Shown: positions 16,207-26,245 of the stretch, one piece after another | How the letters are laid out: every line of letters begins with the position of its first letter | How positions within the stretch are numbered: the stretch's first letter is position 1 | From: a virus | Taxonomy: Duplodnaviria; Caudoviricetes | DNA: 64,000 nt | IMG/VR virus record: IMGVR_UViG_3300047551_002158 | Direction: 5' to 3' (one strand) | Notes under the pieces: generated by a model | What the model was told of the DNA's origin: nothing | The model's input: the letters and a program-made list of their open reading frames with translations, nothing else | The model's database searches: none | Made by a program: the position numbers and the translations under genes

Positions 16207-18576
16207 ATGGCAGTAAATCAGCAAAAATTGATGGGCAGAACATCAACAGTTCAATCTGCTGCCATTGCTCCTCAACAACAACTTGTTGCTTCTCCTGCTG
16301 ATACTGCACTTCTAAAAGATATATCAAAGTCCCTTACAAATATTATTCAACTTCTTTCTCAGCAGAATGTTCAAACAAAAAGAGATGCTGACGAAACAAG
16401 AAAAACGCAAGAAAGAAGTAGAAGACAAGGAATAGAAACTGGATTAGAGAAAACATTTGCAACAGTTAAGAATGTAGCAAGTGCAGTTGTTGCTCCTGTT
16501 AAGAGTATATTAGATCAAATTATACAGTTTTTTGTAACTGTATTCCTTGGTAGAGCACTTATATTATTGTTGAATTGGTTTGCTGACGAAAATAATAGAA
16601 GCAAGGTTCGCTCTATAATGAGGTTCCTGCAAGATTGGTGGCCTTCTCTTGTTGCTGGTTATATTTTATTTGGAACTGGATTTGGTAGAGTAGTAAGAAA
16701 AGTTGCTGGAGTTGCGATAGGAGCAACAGCAAGACTTGCTGTAATTGCTGCAAGACTTGTAAAAGCAATTGCAACTGGAAAAGGATTAAAAGGTGCTGCT
16801 GCGGCATTTTCTGGTGGTGGTAAACTTGGTGGATTAAAAGGTTTTGCTCTTAGAGGTGGTATTGCTGCGGCAGCAACAATTGGTACTGGATTTGCAATTA
16901 ATAGAATGATGGGAGGTGGTGAAGAACAAGCACCGCAAATTAATGTTCCCGAAGCACCAGCAGTTCCTGCTCTTGGAGCATCTACTGGTGGATTAGCAAA
17001 TTTAAAAGACTTATTTAATAATTCAACCTCTGGATTAAGTTCTAAGTTTAATCCTTTTACATCATTCTTCTCTTCTGGTGGTCTTGCAAGTTTGATGCAA
17101 GGAATGAATGGAGTTGTTTCTGGACCTAAAGGAATTGATAAAGTCCCTGCGATGCTTACTGATGGTGAGTTTGTTATGTCTCGTGGAGCAGTACAAAAGT
17201 TTGGAGTTAGCACTCTTCAATCTATGAATGCTGCTGGTGGCGGAACAAATCAACCAAAAATTATTCGCGGTGTTCCTCACGCTGCTGGTGGTGGATTGAT
17301 TGGTGGTGTTGATGAGTTGCGTCAGAAGTATGATGCAAAACACGGTGCAGGTACATATGATAAAGAAAGTGCAAGGAGAAGAGCATCTTTAGCACAAGAA
17401 GATGCTGCAGCGGAAGCAAAGAAAGGTAAAAAACCAACTTATGTTCAAAGTGATTATGTTAGACAATTAAAAGAAAGAGCAAGAACTCAAGGAAATACAA
17501 ACTACACATCAGTAAATGGAATTAGAATACCTGGTGTTAAATTTGATCCAAAAATGCTTTCATCAAAACCAGGATCTATTTCGGGAGATCAGATAGCAAA
17601 TAGTGCCTCATCAAAGGCTAAAAATCTTTTTGGATCTGTTAGTGCAGCAACTGGAATTGGTAGTGGAAAATTAACGGCAGAACAACAGAGAAGAATTAAT
17701 GCAGATAATGCACAAAGAAACTCTATAATGCAACAGAGGCAACAAAGAAGAGATGCTTCAAAAGAGGCAAGAGCAGAATATTTAAAGATTTTGAGAGATC
17801 AAAGTCATCCTCTTCACGATCAAGCTGCTTTTGGTAATTTAACTCTTAGTGAATTTAAGAAAAACTATAAACCAACAATTACTGCACCAACTACACCTGC
17901 AGCAACAGGTTCTAAACCTGGAATGGGATATACTCCATATCAATCTAAATTTGCAGGTGCTCGTGATGCTGCATTTGCAAAAGCAAGAACAATGGGTGGT
18001 AGTCCTGCATTTAAATCACAAGATTATTATAAAGCAAATACTGCTGCAAGAGAAAAGCAATTGAGTGGTCTTACTTCTCAGCAGAGATTGAATGCATTAA
18101 GTCTTGAAGGAAAAAATCCAAGAGGATCAAAAGGAAAAAGATTTGATGCTCAGTCAAAAGCACAATCTGCAGAAACTGCAAGTCGTGGTGGTATGATGGG
18201 GCAACTTGGAAGATCTTTCACTAAGATGTTTGGTAGTGAAAAAGATAAGGCAAGAGTAGTATCACAAGATAAAGCATCGGATGCAAGAGTGAAGCAAGCA
18301 GGTGCTGCTTCTATTGGACGCTATTATTCCTCATCTGATGGAAAGTATTATGCAAATTTTGCTGCGGCAAATAAAGCAAGGATCGCAAGACAAAAACCAA
18401 AAGCAAGAGGTATAACTCCTACACCTAAACCAAAACCAAAAGTAGTAACAAAACCAATCGGATCTGGTAAGGGGGGTGGACTATCAAAACCAAGAGGAGG
18501 TAAACCTTCAACACCTAAATTTAATGCATCTAGTGGATCTAATAGAAAGTCTGCGAATATTTACGGCATTAAGTGA
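16207..18576 (+). CDS. tape-measure/baseplate hub-like structural protein
   Basis: Helical Ala/Gly-rich; GPKGIDKVPAMLTDGEFVMS motif; basic C-terminus; follows gp51. Confidence 0.55.
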   Translation: MAVNQQKLMGRTSTVQSAAIAPQQQLVASPADTALLKDISKSLTNIIQLLSQQNVQTKRDADETRKTQERSRRQGIETGLEKTFATVKNVASAVVAPVKSILDQIIQFFVTVFLGRALILLLNWFADENNRSKVRSIMRFLQDWWPSLVAGYILFGTGFGRVVRKVAGVAIGATARLAVIAARLVKAIATGKGLKGAAAAFSGGGKLGGLKGFALRGGIAAAATIGTGFAINRMMGGGEEQAPQINVPEAPAVPALGASTGGLANLKDLFNNSTSGLSSKFNPFTSFFSSGGLASLMQGMNGVVSGPKGIDKVPAMLTDGEFVMSRGAVQKFGVSTLQSMNAAGGGTNQPKIIRGVPHAAGGGLIGGVDELRQKYDAKHGAGTYDKESARRRASLAQEDAAAEAKKGKKPTYVQSDYVRQLKERARTQGNTNYTSVNGIRIPGVKFDPKMLSSKPGSISGDQIANSASSKAKNLFGSVSAATGIGSGKLTAEQQRRINADNAQRNSIMQQRQQRRDASKEARAEYLKILRDQSHPLHDQAAFGNLTLSEFKKNYKPTITAPTTPAATGSKPGMGYTPYQSKFAGARDAAFAKARTMGGSPAFKSQDYYKANTAAREKQLSGLTSQQRLNALSLEGKNPRGSKGKRFDAQSKAQSAETASRGGMMGQLGRSFTKMFGSEKDKARVVSQDKASDARVKQAGAASIGRYYSSSDGKYYANFAAANKARIARQKPKARGITPTPKPKPKVVTKPIGSGKGGGLSKPRGGKPSTPKFNASSGSNRKSANIYGIK

Positions 18577-21500
18577 TGGCGAAAATAACTTCACCATTTA
18601 CATTAACATTTAAGTCTCTCAAGAAGCAATTTATTACAAAAGAGAAACTTGTCAAGTCCTCATTGGTTATTCAAAAAAAGAACATTGAGGATAAAAGAAA
18701 AAATTCAGAAAGAGAAAGTAGAATTAGTTATGAAAATAAATTAGAAAGAACTTTAAGTTTTCTTGGAAGACCTGTAAAAACTGTTGGAAAAAAACTTGGA
18801 TTTCTTGATTCTATAAGACAATTTATAGTGAATGTGTTATTAGGTTTTATAGCAGTTCGTCTTTTGAAGTATCTTCCGCAATTGATGAATGTCTTTAAAG
18901 TTATGTTGAAAGTTGGTGACTTTATACTTGATATGAGCGGAAAGTTACTAAATGGATTGGTTACTTTTGTTGATAAAGGATATCAAGCTGCTGATAATGC
19001 AAGAAAGTTAGTTGGTAAAATTGGAGGAGAAAAGGCAATTAATGCTCTTGATGAAGCAAGCAATCAAACGAATTCTTTACTGAATTCAATTGCAATTGCT
19101 GGAATGTTGTTCAGTGATTTTGGTGGTATTGGTATGGGTTCTATTGCTTCTGGGAAAGCAATAGATGCTGGAGTTGATATTATTGAAGATCAAGTAAAGA
19201 AACAAGCAGTTCAGCAAGCAGCAAATCAAGCAGCAAAGCAAGGTCTAAGAGCAGCAGTTGGTCCTATGGGTGCAACTGCAATTGTTATTGGGGCAGGATT
19301 GCTTGCATCTGCTGTGGGTGAAGGTGCTTTCCAGATTAAAAAACTTGGTAGAGGATTGCAGGGATGGATTGTTGGAAAACTAACAGAGTCTTCTCAAGAT
19401 AAAAATCCTGTTACAAGATTTCTAAAGAAAGGATTTTTTGGTTGGATGAATGCAACACTTGGACCTGCGATATGGTTATTGAATGGAACAGGAGTTTTGT
19501 TTGATGTTGTTGGTGCCCCATTCAGATATGGTATTGAATTAATTCGTGCCGCAGTTATGAAATTAAATGATGATCGTAAAGGTCTTGAGGAGCAGAATAA
19601 AAATCTTGGGAAGTTTGATGCAAGAGTTCGTGATGGTATTCGAGAACATTTTTCTGTACTTTCACCTTTGTTTAACCTTATGGGTATGAAAGGAGTTTCT
19701 CAAAAACTACAAACTCCAGGTTCTTTTGGAAGTCTTTATGGAGAAAAAGCGGCGAGAGATATTGGATATTATCGTGGAGGAGTGGTTAAGAAGTTTGCTG
19801 GTGGTGGATATACAAGAAGTGTTGGAGATGAAAATAAAAAAGCAGAGATACCAAGAACTTTTAATGCTTCTATGGGTGGTATAGATCCTGGTTCTGCAGT
19901 CGGTGGATCCTTTGTGGTTACAAAAGTATTTCCATACCAAGACAAAAATGGAGTAATGGATCAATATAGTTATTTAAAATCTTCTTATGGGGAGTTTGGG
20001 CAAGTGAATTCTTTGGGATCTTTAATGCAGTTGACTACAAAAGTTGTACTTGGGGATAAAATAACCGATAAAGATTATTCAAATATAGGTGATTCTTTAT
20101 CTATCTTTTTATTGAATGGTATTAAAGAAGAAAATCCTCAAGCATTTAATCAAATAAGTTCTGTTTTAGGAACTGATAAATTGGGAGGTATTATTAAGGG
20201 AGAACTTGTAAAAATTTTAAACGACAAATTTAATCAAATACAAGGTCAATTGAGGTTGCAGTTAGGATTAAAAGAACTAAAATCATCGGAGGGATTTTCT
20301 CCTACCAGTGAAGATTGTGCTTGTCCAGAATCTGATCAACAATTTGTTGCAACTGGAAATCAATATGAAAAAGCACTTTTGGAGACTATCTCTCAAGTTG
20401 AGGGAACATCAGGACCCGATGGATATAGAACAATGTTTGGTGGTGGAAAGTTTCAAGCACCTCCTTGGAGACATCCTGATACTGTTGTTAGATCTGGTGG
20501 TTATGCGTCAGCGGCTGCAGGTAAGTATCAATTTATGCCAGGAACTTGGGCAAATGCAGCAAAAGCATTAGGTCTTTCTGATTTTTCTCCAGCTAATCAA
20601 GATAAAGCTGCTTTATGGTTAGCAAAGGGTCGTGGTGTTAATCCTTCTGCACAACTTACTGTTGCTGATTTTGAAAAGTTGGGTAGAGAGTGGGCTGGAT
20701 TATCTCCGCATTATGGGCAAACTTCAAGAACGGCATCTCAGAGTTATAACATTTATCTCGAAAAACTTAAAAGTTCTGGAGCAACTTCCACTACTGCTAA
20801 AATTTCTCCAAGTTCTCCTGCTGCTAATGTCTCTGATTGTGTTTGTGATCCTGAAGTTCCTGATGCTACTAATATTGGAGGTCAAGTCCAACCTGCGGGA
20901 GAGACTGCAGGAGCAACTGTTAGTGGATATCCAATTACTTCGAGGTTTGGATGGAGGTGGGGAAGAAATCACGGGGGTATTGATGTTGGTGCTCCTTCAG
21001 GAAAACCAATAGCAATTAGAGCACCTGGAGAAGTTGTATTTGCTGGATATGCTGGCGGATATGGAAATGTTGTTGATATTTGGGTTCCATCTTTACGACA
21101 GATGTTTAGAATGGCTCATATGAGAGATACTCCATCAGTAAAAACAGGACAAACAACTGCGGCTGGACAACTTCTTGGTTATGTTGGAAGTACTGGAAAT
21201 TCAACAGGTCCTCACGTTCACTTCGAATCTCACGATACCAAAACAACTGCGTATGGAAATAAAGATCCTATGCCCTATATAAACTATTTGACAATAGGTA
21301 GAGAGTATGGTGGTCCAACACTCTCTGGTGGCATTAGACTTCTTCACAAAGGTGAGTATGTGATTGATAAGGACTCCGTAGATTTGTTTGGTGGAATTCC
21401 ATTCTTCAGTTTAATTAATAATGTTGAAAATGAAAGTCAAAGAGCACAAAAATCTTCTCAACTTATACAACATTTGAGTAAATATACCGGAAGAAAAATA

Positions 21501-21644
21501 GATCAAAGACCAGAGGTGATTGTTGAAAATGATGAAGATACTGTAGTAATGTCTCCTCCAGTATATGTTCAATCACCTTCTTCCGGTTCTTATGGGGGAG
21601 AAACTCCTAATTATGAACAAGATATGTGCTATGCAAGAGGATAA
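18573..21644 (+). CDS. tail-associated protein with lysozyme-like (GH24/GH104-type) and M23 peptidase domains
   Basis: ISQVEGT...AAGKYQFMPGTW...FSPANQD; HGGIDV, AGGYGN, RMAHM, STGPHVHFE. Confidence 0.8.
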   Translation: MMAKITSPFTLTFKSLKKQFITKEKLVKSSLVIQKKNIEDKRKNSERESRISYENKLERTLSFLGRPVKTVGKKLGFLDSIRQFIVNVLLGFIAVRLLKYLPQLMNVFKVMLKVGDFILDMSGKLLNGLVTFVDKGYQAADNARKLVGKIGGEKAINALDEASNQTNSLLNSIAIAGMLFSDFGGIGMGSIASGKAIDAGVDIIEDQVKKQAVQQAANQAAKQGLRAAVGPMGATAIVIGAGLLASAVGEGAFQIKKLGRGLQGWIVGKLTESSQDKNPVTRFLKKGFFGWMNATLGPAIWLLNGTGVLFDVVGAPFRYGIELIRAAVMKLNDDRKGLEEQNKNLGKFDARVRDGIREHFSVLSPLFNLMGMKGVSQKLQTPGSFGSLYGEKAARDIGYYRGGVVKKFAGGGYTRSVGDENKKAEIPRTFNASMGGIDPGSAVGGSFVVTKVFPYQDKNGVMDQYSYLKSSYGEFGQVNSLGSLMQLTTKVVLGDKITDKDYSNIGDSLSIFLLNGIKEENPQAFNQISSVLGTDKLGGIIKGELVKILNDKFNQIQGQLRLQLGLKELKSSEGFSPTSEDCACPESDQQFVATGNQYEKALLETISQVEGTSGPDGYRTMFGGGKFQAPPWRHPDTVVRSGGYASAAAGKYQFMPGTWANAAKALGLSDFSPANQDKAALWLAKGRGVNPSAQLTVADFEKLGREWAGLSPHYGQTSRTASQSYNIYLEKLKSSGATSTTAKISPSSPAANVSDCVCDPEVPDATNIGGQVQPAGETAGATVSGYPITSRFGWRWGRNHGGIDVGAPSGKPIAIRAPGEVVFAGYAGGYGNVVDIWVPSLRQMFRMAHMRDTPSVKTGQTTAAGQLLGYVGSTGNSTGPHVHFESHDTKTTAYGNKDPMPYINYLTIGREYGGPTLSGGIRLLHKGEYVIDKDSVDLFGGIPFFSLINNVENESQRAQKSSQLIQHLSKYTGRKIDQRPEVIVENDEDTVVMSPPVYVQSPSSGSYGGETPNYEQDMCYARG

Positions 21645-21648
21645 GTAA

Positions 21649-24573
21649 ATGGCATATATACAACCCAAAAATTTAACATTAAATTTAATAAAAAAACAGA
21701 CTGTTAAAGTAGAGAAACTTGTAGGAGAAAAATATAAAATCAAAGATACTTCTATTAAGAAGCAAAGATTCTTAAATGAACGAAAAAGATTTGAAGATAA
21801 AGAAAGAAAAATTGAGGATAGGGGTGATAGTGATGAAAAACAAGTCTCAAATAAGATGCCAGTTCCAAAACTGGGATTTCTTGATGTAGTTAAAAATTTC
21901 TTATTTAAAGTTTTATTAGGTGCTTTTGCTATTAAGTTGTTACCACAGTTACCAAAACTAAAGGGGCTGCTGATTGGTGCAATGAAGTTTAGTGAATTTA
22001 TTCTTCAGTTTGCTGGTTCATTATTAAATGCTTTAGTGACTTTTGTTGATAAAGTATATAAAATTGTTGATTTTGGAAAGCAGCAAGCAAAACTTTTGGG
22101 TGGTGATGCTGGATTAAAGAATTATAATAAAACTCTTGATTTAGCAAATAAGGTAATGAATTCTATGTTCATTGCTGGTATGCTGTTCTCTGATCTTGTT
22201 GAAAGTGATGCGAAAGGATCAGTGATGCAACAAGGAGTTGATGCTATAAAGGATAGAGTAATTCAGCAAGGAGCACAAAGAGCAGCACAACAAGCAGCAA
22301 TAAGAGGTGCTGCACAATTTGGTGCTCGTGCTGCTGCTGGAACTATTGCTGGTGTTGGTTTAATATCTTCTGCTTTGGGTGAAGGGGCATTTCAACTTAG
22401 AAAGTTTACACTAAAAATTCAAAAGGATGCAGATGAAGCTTATGTTGAAGCATTGAAAGATAAAAATCCATTTATGAGATTTATTAAGAGTGCGTTTTAT
22501 GGTGGTTTTGTGAGACCTGGAATGATGTTTACCAATTACTTATTGAATGGATTGGGAACATTATTGGATGTTGTAGGTGCCCCATTTAGATATGCCGTAG
22601 AATTGATTAATTATGGTATTATGTTATTGACTGGCGATGCTGAAGGAATAAAAAAACAAAGAGAAAATCTTGGCAAATTTGATGCAAGAATTCGTGAACA
22701 AATAAGAGAGATGGTGAATACTCTTAGTTTTGGAACTCTTGCAAAAGAAAGAGGATCATTTGGAAGTTTGTTTGGTAGTGATGCAACAAAGGCAATGGGT
22801 TATGCTCAAGGTGGTGAAGTTAGTCGTGGTGGTGTTTATGCTGGAGCAGTTACGCGAACAGTTGGAAAGACTGCAAAAGCAAAAAGAGTTGTTTCGGTTC
22901 CAACTGCACCATTGCAACCAGGATCTGATGTTGGTGGAACACTTCCATATGGACAAGAGAAGGTATCAAAAATAGAAACATTTTATCCAAATCCAACTGA
23001 TCCCGGAACAGTCAGTTCTTACAGATATTTGAAAAGTGCATATGATATTGCTGGTGCCACTAAGTTTCTTCATCCATTACTTGAAATAACTATCAAAGTT
23101 TTATTTGGAGACAAACCACCAGAAAGTGATTTTAAAGCAGTTGGTGCTGGATTAAACAATTTTATAAATGATATTTTAGATACAACTAAAGTTCCTGGAA
23201 AAGATATTTCGATAAGTGATCAAACTGGACCTGTTGATATTTCAAATTGGGTTTCCAGTATTGCAAAAAGTTCTATGATGAATCCTATAAATTCCATCTT
23301 ATCTAATTTAATAGTGCAACTTACTCTTAAGAAGAGTAGTGCGACTGGCAAAGAACAAAAACAGCAGACTGGTGGTGGAGGTGGAGGAACTGAAAATCCT
23401 TTAGCACAATTTGGAGGAGAAGCACAATTTGTAATTGGTGATAGTATTGCTCACGGATTTGCTGGAAGATCTGGTAGTGGATCCGAAAGTGGAGATACAA
23501 TGGTTGGTAGAAATGCTGCTGCAGTGCTTGCAATTTTAAAAGCAAAAGGTGATGCATTAAAGGGTGCTTTGATTGATCTATCAACAGGTATTGCAAATTC
23601 AACAGCAGATTTTAATTCGGTTGAGGAGCAATTAAAGTACTTAAAGTCTATTGGAGTAAGAGCTAGAATTCTTGGTGTTGGTAATGAATTTAGTAAATCA
23701 AAAGGTGGAATTAATGAAAAACTTGCACAACTTGCAAGTAAGTATGGATTCTACTTTTATGGTGGGTATAAGGGAGGAAAAGATAAGCTCCACGGAACTG
23801 ATGAAGATTATACTAATTTGAAATCGAAGAGAGAAAAAGAAACTGCTGCTGGTCTAAAAGCAGGTTCAATCCCACAAGGAAACATCAGTATGTCTCAATT
23901 AGTTCAACTTGCAACTGCTGCTGGATTTGCTCAAAATGAAATACCAACAATGGTGGCAATTGCAATGGCAGAATCTGGAGGAAATTCCAGAGCACATAAT
24001 CCTGTTCCTCCTGATAATTCTTATGGATTGTGGCAGATTAATATGATTGATACTCTGGGTCCTGATAGAAGAAAAAGATATGGACTTTCTTCTAATGAAG
24101 AACTTTTTGATCCTGCAACTAATGCCAGAGTTGCAAAAAGGATTCGTGACGAACAAGGATTGACTGCTTGGACAACCTATTCTGGTGGTGCTTATAAGAA
24201 GTTTTTATCTATGGTACAAATGCCATCTAAACAACAAGGTGGTCCAGTTTATAAAACTGAAGAAGTATTAACTCATCCAGGAGAATATATCATTGATGCT
24301 GATTCTGTAAAACTTTTTGGAATTAATTTTTATGATATTATTAATAAAGTAGAAACAGCATCTCAAAGAAAGAACGCCGCAGATTCTTTGGTTTCTATTC
24401 TCAGTCAATATACTGAGGATGGATATCCAGAAACTGAAGATGATTATACTTATGAGGTTCCTGAAAGTTCAACTGTAACTGTTATCCCGCCAGAGATTAT
24501 TCCTATAAGTGGTGGATCTTCTGGATTTGGTGGAGGTGGAGAAGATCCATCTCAAGATGGACTTTATATGTAG
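21649..24573 (+). CDS. tail-associated paralog with SGNH-like and lytic transglycosylase domains
   Basis: N-terminus paralogous to the previous ORF; VIGDSIAHG; AIAMAESGG...NSYGLWQINM...LFDPATNA. Confidence 0.75.
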   Translation: MAYIQPKNLTLNLIKKQTVKVEKLVGEKYKIKDTSIKKQRFLNERKRFEDKERKIEDRGDSDEKQVSNKMPVPKLGFLDVVKNFLFKVLLGAFAIKLLPQLPKLKGLLIGAMKFSEFILQFAGSLLNALVTFVDKVYKIVDFGKQQAKLLGGDAGLKNYNKTLDLANKVMNSMFIAGMLFSDLVESDAKGSVMQQGVDAIKDRVIQQGAQRAAQQAAIRGAAQFGARAAAGTIAGVGLISSALGEGAFQLRKFTLKIQKDADEAYVEALKDKNPFMRFIKSAFYGGFVRPGMMFTNYLLNGLGTLLDVVGAPFRYAVELINYGIMLLTGDAEGIKKQRENLGKFDARIREQIREMVNTLSFGTLAKERGSFGSLFGSDATKAMGYAQGGEVSRGGVYAGAVTRTVGKTAKAKRVVSVPTAPLQPGSDVGGTLPYGQEKVSKIETFYPNPTDPGTVSSYRYLKSAYDIAGATKFLHPLLEITIKVLFGDKPPESDFKAVGAGLNNFINDILDTTKVPGKDISISDQTGPVDISNWVSSIAKSSMMNPINSILSNLIVQLTLKKSSATGKEQKQQTGGGGGGTENPLAQFGGEAQFVIGDSIAHGFAGRSGSGSESGDTMVGRNAAAVLAILKAKGDALKGALIDLSTGIANSTADFNSVEEQLKYLKSIGVRARILGVGNEFSKSKGGINEKLAQLASKYGFYFYGGYKGGKDKLHGTDEDYTNLKSKREKETAAGLKAGSIPQGNISMSQLVQLATAAGFAQNEIPTMVAIAMAESGGNSRAHNPVPPDNSYGLWQINMIDTLGPDRRKRYGLSSNEELFDPATNARVAKRIRDEQGLTAWTTYSGGAYKKFLSMVQMPSKQQGGPVYKTEEVLTHPGEYIIDADSVKLFGINFYDIINKVETASQRKNAADSLVSILSQYTEDGYPETEDDYTYEVPESSTVTVIPPEIIPISGGSSGFGGGGEDPSQDGLYM

Positions 24574-24600
24574 TAAATAGTATATAAGACAAAGTAAGAT

Positions 24601-25995
24601 ATGGCTAATACACCAATCACTGCTGCCCAATCTAAAGACTATAATATTGCAAAGTGTCTTATTACTTCAAATGACCAGAAGAATAAGAAAGATATATCGA
24701 CAATCATCAGTGATTTGTACTATTATGAAAGTATATTGAGTCCAAATATAAAAGTTGATTTGATTTATGTTGAAACTGGTAAAACTGTTGAAGCGGATGG
24801 GGGACTTAAAACTTTAATTGAGGGAATGCCATTGGTTGGAACTGAAAAAACCGAACTTAAAATATCAGATCCAAATGAAGAAGAAATTGAAGTTGAATTA
24901 TATGTCGATAATATAAAACCATTGACGCAAGATACACAGAAAACTGCTGTTGGATTGAAATTAGTTTCTAAAGAATCTATATTAAATTATAAAACAGTCT
25001 TAAACACCAGATTTGATGGAAAAATATCAGATCATATTAAAAAAATATTGACAGAACAAACTTATCTTGGAACTAAAAAAGAATTGGATATTGAAGAAAC
25101 AGAGAATAATTATAACTTTATAGGAAATAATCGTAGACCATTTTATGTTTTGCTTTGGTTAGCAAGAAAATCTGTACCAAAAACACAAAAAGCAAAGGGA
25201 AATAGTGCGGGATTTTTCTTTTTTGAAACTTCTCAGGGATTTAAATTCAAATCAATAGAAGGTCTTCTATCAGAAACTGATCCCAGTGGTGGGAAGAAGG
25301 AGTATAAAAGTTTTGTAAATAACCAAACACCTGATGGTAGAGGTGCAACAATTCCTGAAGGATATTCGGGAAAGGTATTGGAACATAATGTTGAGACTGC
25401 TACCGGAGATGTTCAATCTAAGTTAGAGATTGGAACATATTCCACCAGAACTATTTTATTTGATCCATTTACGGGTTATTATGAAGTTGTTACGCCAAAT
25501 GCAAGTGCTGATGGAGGAAAACCTGGAGCAGAAAGCAATCTCCAAAAAGCAGGAAAAGAACTTCCAAAGTATAATAAAGAGTTTAATCGAACAGAAAATA
25601 ATAAGGATTTTTCCAGAACTCAATATATGCTAATTGATAAAGGTTCTCTTCCAACAGGAGACACTCAACAACAGATTGAAAAGTCAAAAGAAGAAAACTT
25701 TGATCCAAAAAATGTTTTGAATCAATCTGTAATGAGATACAATCAATTCTTCTCAACCAAAGTTACTATCACAATTACGGCAGACTTTAGTTTACACGCA
25801 GGAGATTTAATTTTCGTAGATTCTCCTGAGTTGTCCAACAAAGATACTCAAGAATACAACCAACAATTTGGTGGATTTTATGTAATTGCAGAACTATGTC
25901 ATTACATAAGTTTATCTCAAGGTGGATATACAAAACTAACTTTAGTCAGAGATTCTGTTGGAAAGAAGGGAACTCCAAATTATAATGCAATATAA
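24601..25995 (+). CDS. putative baseplate hub protein (gp27-like position)
   Basis: FFFFETSQGFKFKSI and LHAGDLI...YVIAELCH motifs of hub-type proteins; TAAATA at 24574. Confidence 0.5.
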   Translation: MANTPITAAQSKDYNIAKCLITSNDQKNKKDISTIISDLYYYESILSPNIKVDLIYVETGKTVEADGGLKTLIEGMPLVGTEKTELKISDPNEEEIEVELYVDNIKPLTQDTQKTAVGLKLVSKESILNYKTVLNTRFDGKISDHIKKILTEQTYLGTKKELDIEETENNYNFIGNNRRPFYVLLWLARKSVPKTQKAKGNSAGFFFFETSQGFKFKSIEGLLSETDPSGGKKEYKSFVNNQTPDGRGATIPEGYSGKVLEHNVETATGDVQSKLEIGTYSTRTILFDPFTGYYEVVTPNASADGGKPGAESNLQKAGKELPKYNKEFNRTENNKDFSRTQYMLIDKGSLPTGDTQQQIEKSKEENFDPKNVLNQSVMRYNQFFSTKVTITITADFSLHAGDLIFVDSPELSNKDTQEYNQQFGGFYVIAELCHYISLSQGGYTKLTLVRDSVGKKGTPNYNAI

Positions 25996-26001
25996 AGTTG
26001 T

Positions 26002-26007
26002 TAAATA
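26002..26007 (+). promoter_or_regulatory. putative late promoter for cp12-gp5
   Basis: TAAATA 26 nt upstream of cp12. Confidence 0.5.
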
Positions 26008-26032
26008 GTAGTATCAAATAATAACGCTAACT

Positions 26033-26245
26033 ATGGACAGCGTAGAAAAGCATATTGAACACGATAAACAAATTCTTGATGATCCATTGGTATCCTCTCA
26101 AGCAAGAAGACATACTCAAGAAGAATTAGAGGCACTTGAAAGATGGGTAGAAACTCATCCAGAAGATCATCACGATCCAACTTCTCTGGAATTATATTGC
26201 AATGATAATCCAGATGCCCTTGAATGTAGAATGTATGACGATTAA
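26033..26245 (+). CDS. cp12: CP12 Calvin-cycle inhibitor
   Basis: ARRHTQEELEAL...DPTSLELYCNDNPDALECRMYDD C-terminal Cys pair; 70 aa. Confidence 0.93.
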   Translation: MDSVEKHIEHDKQILDDPLVSSQARRHTQEELEALERWVETHPEDHHDPTSLELYCNDNPDALECRMYDD

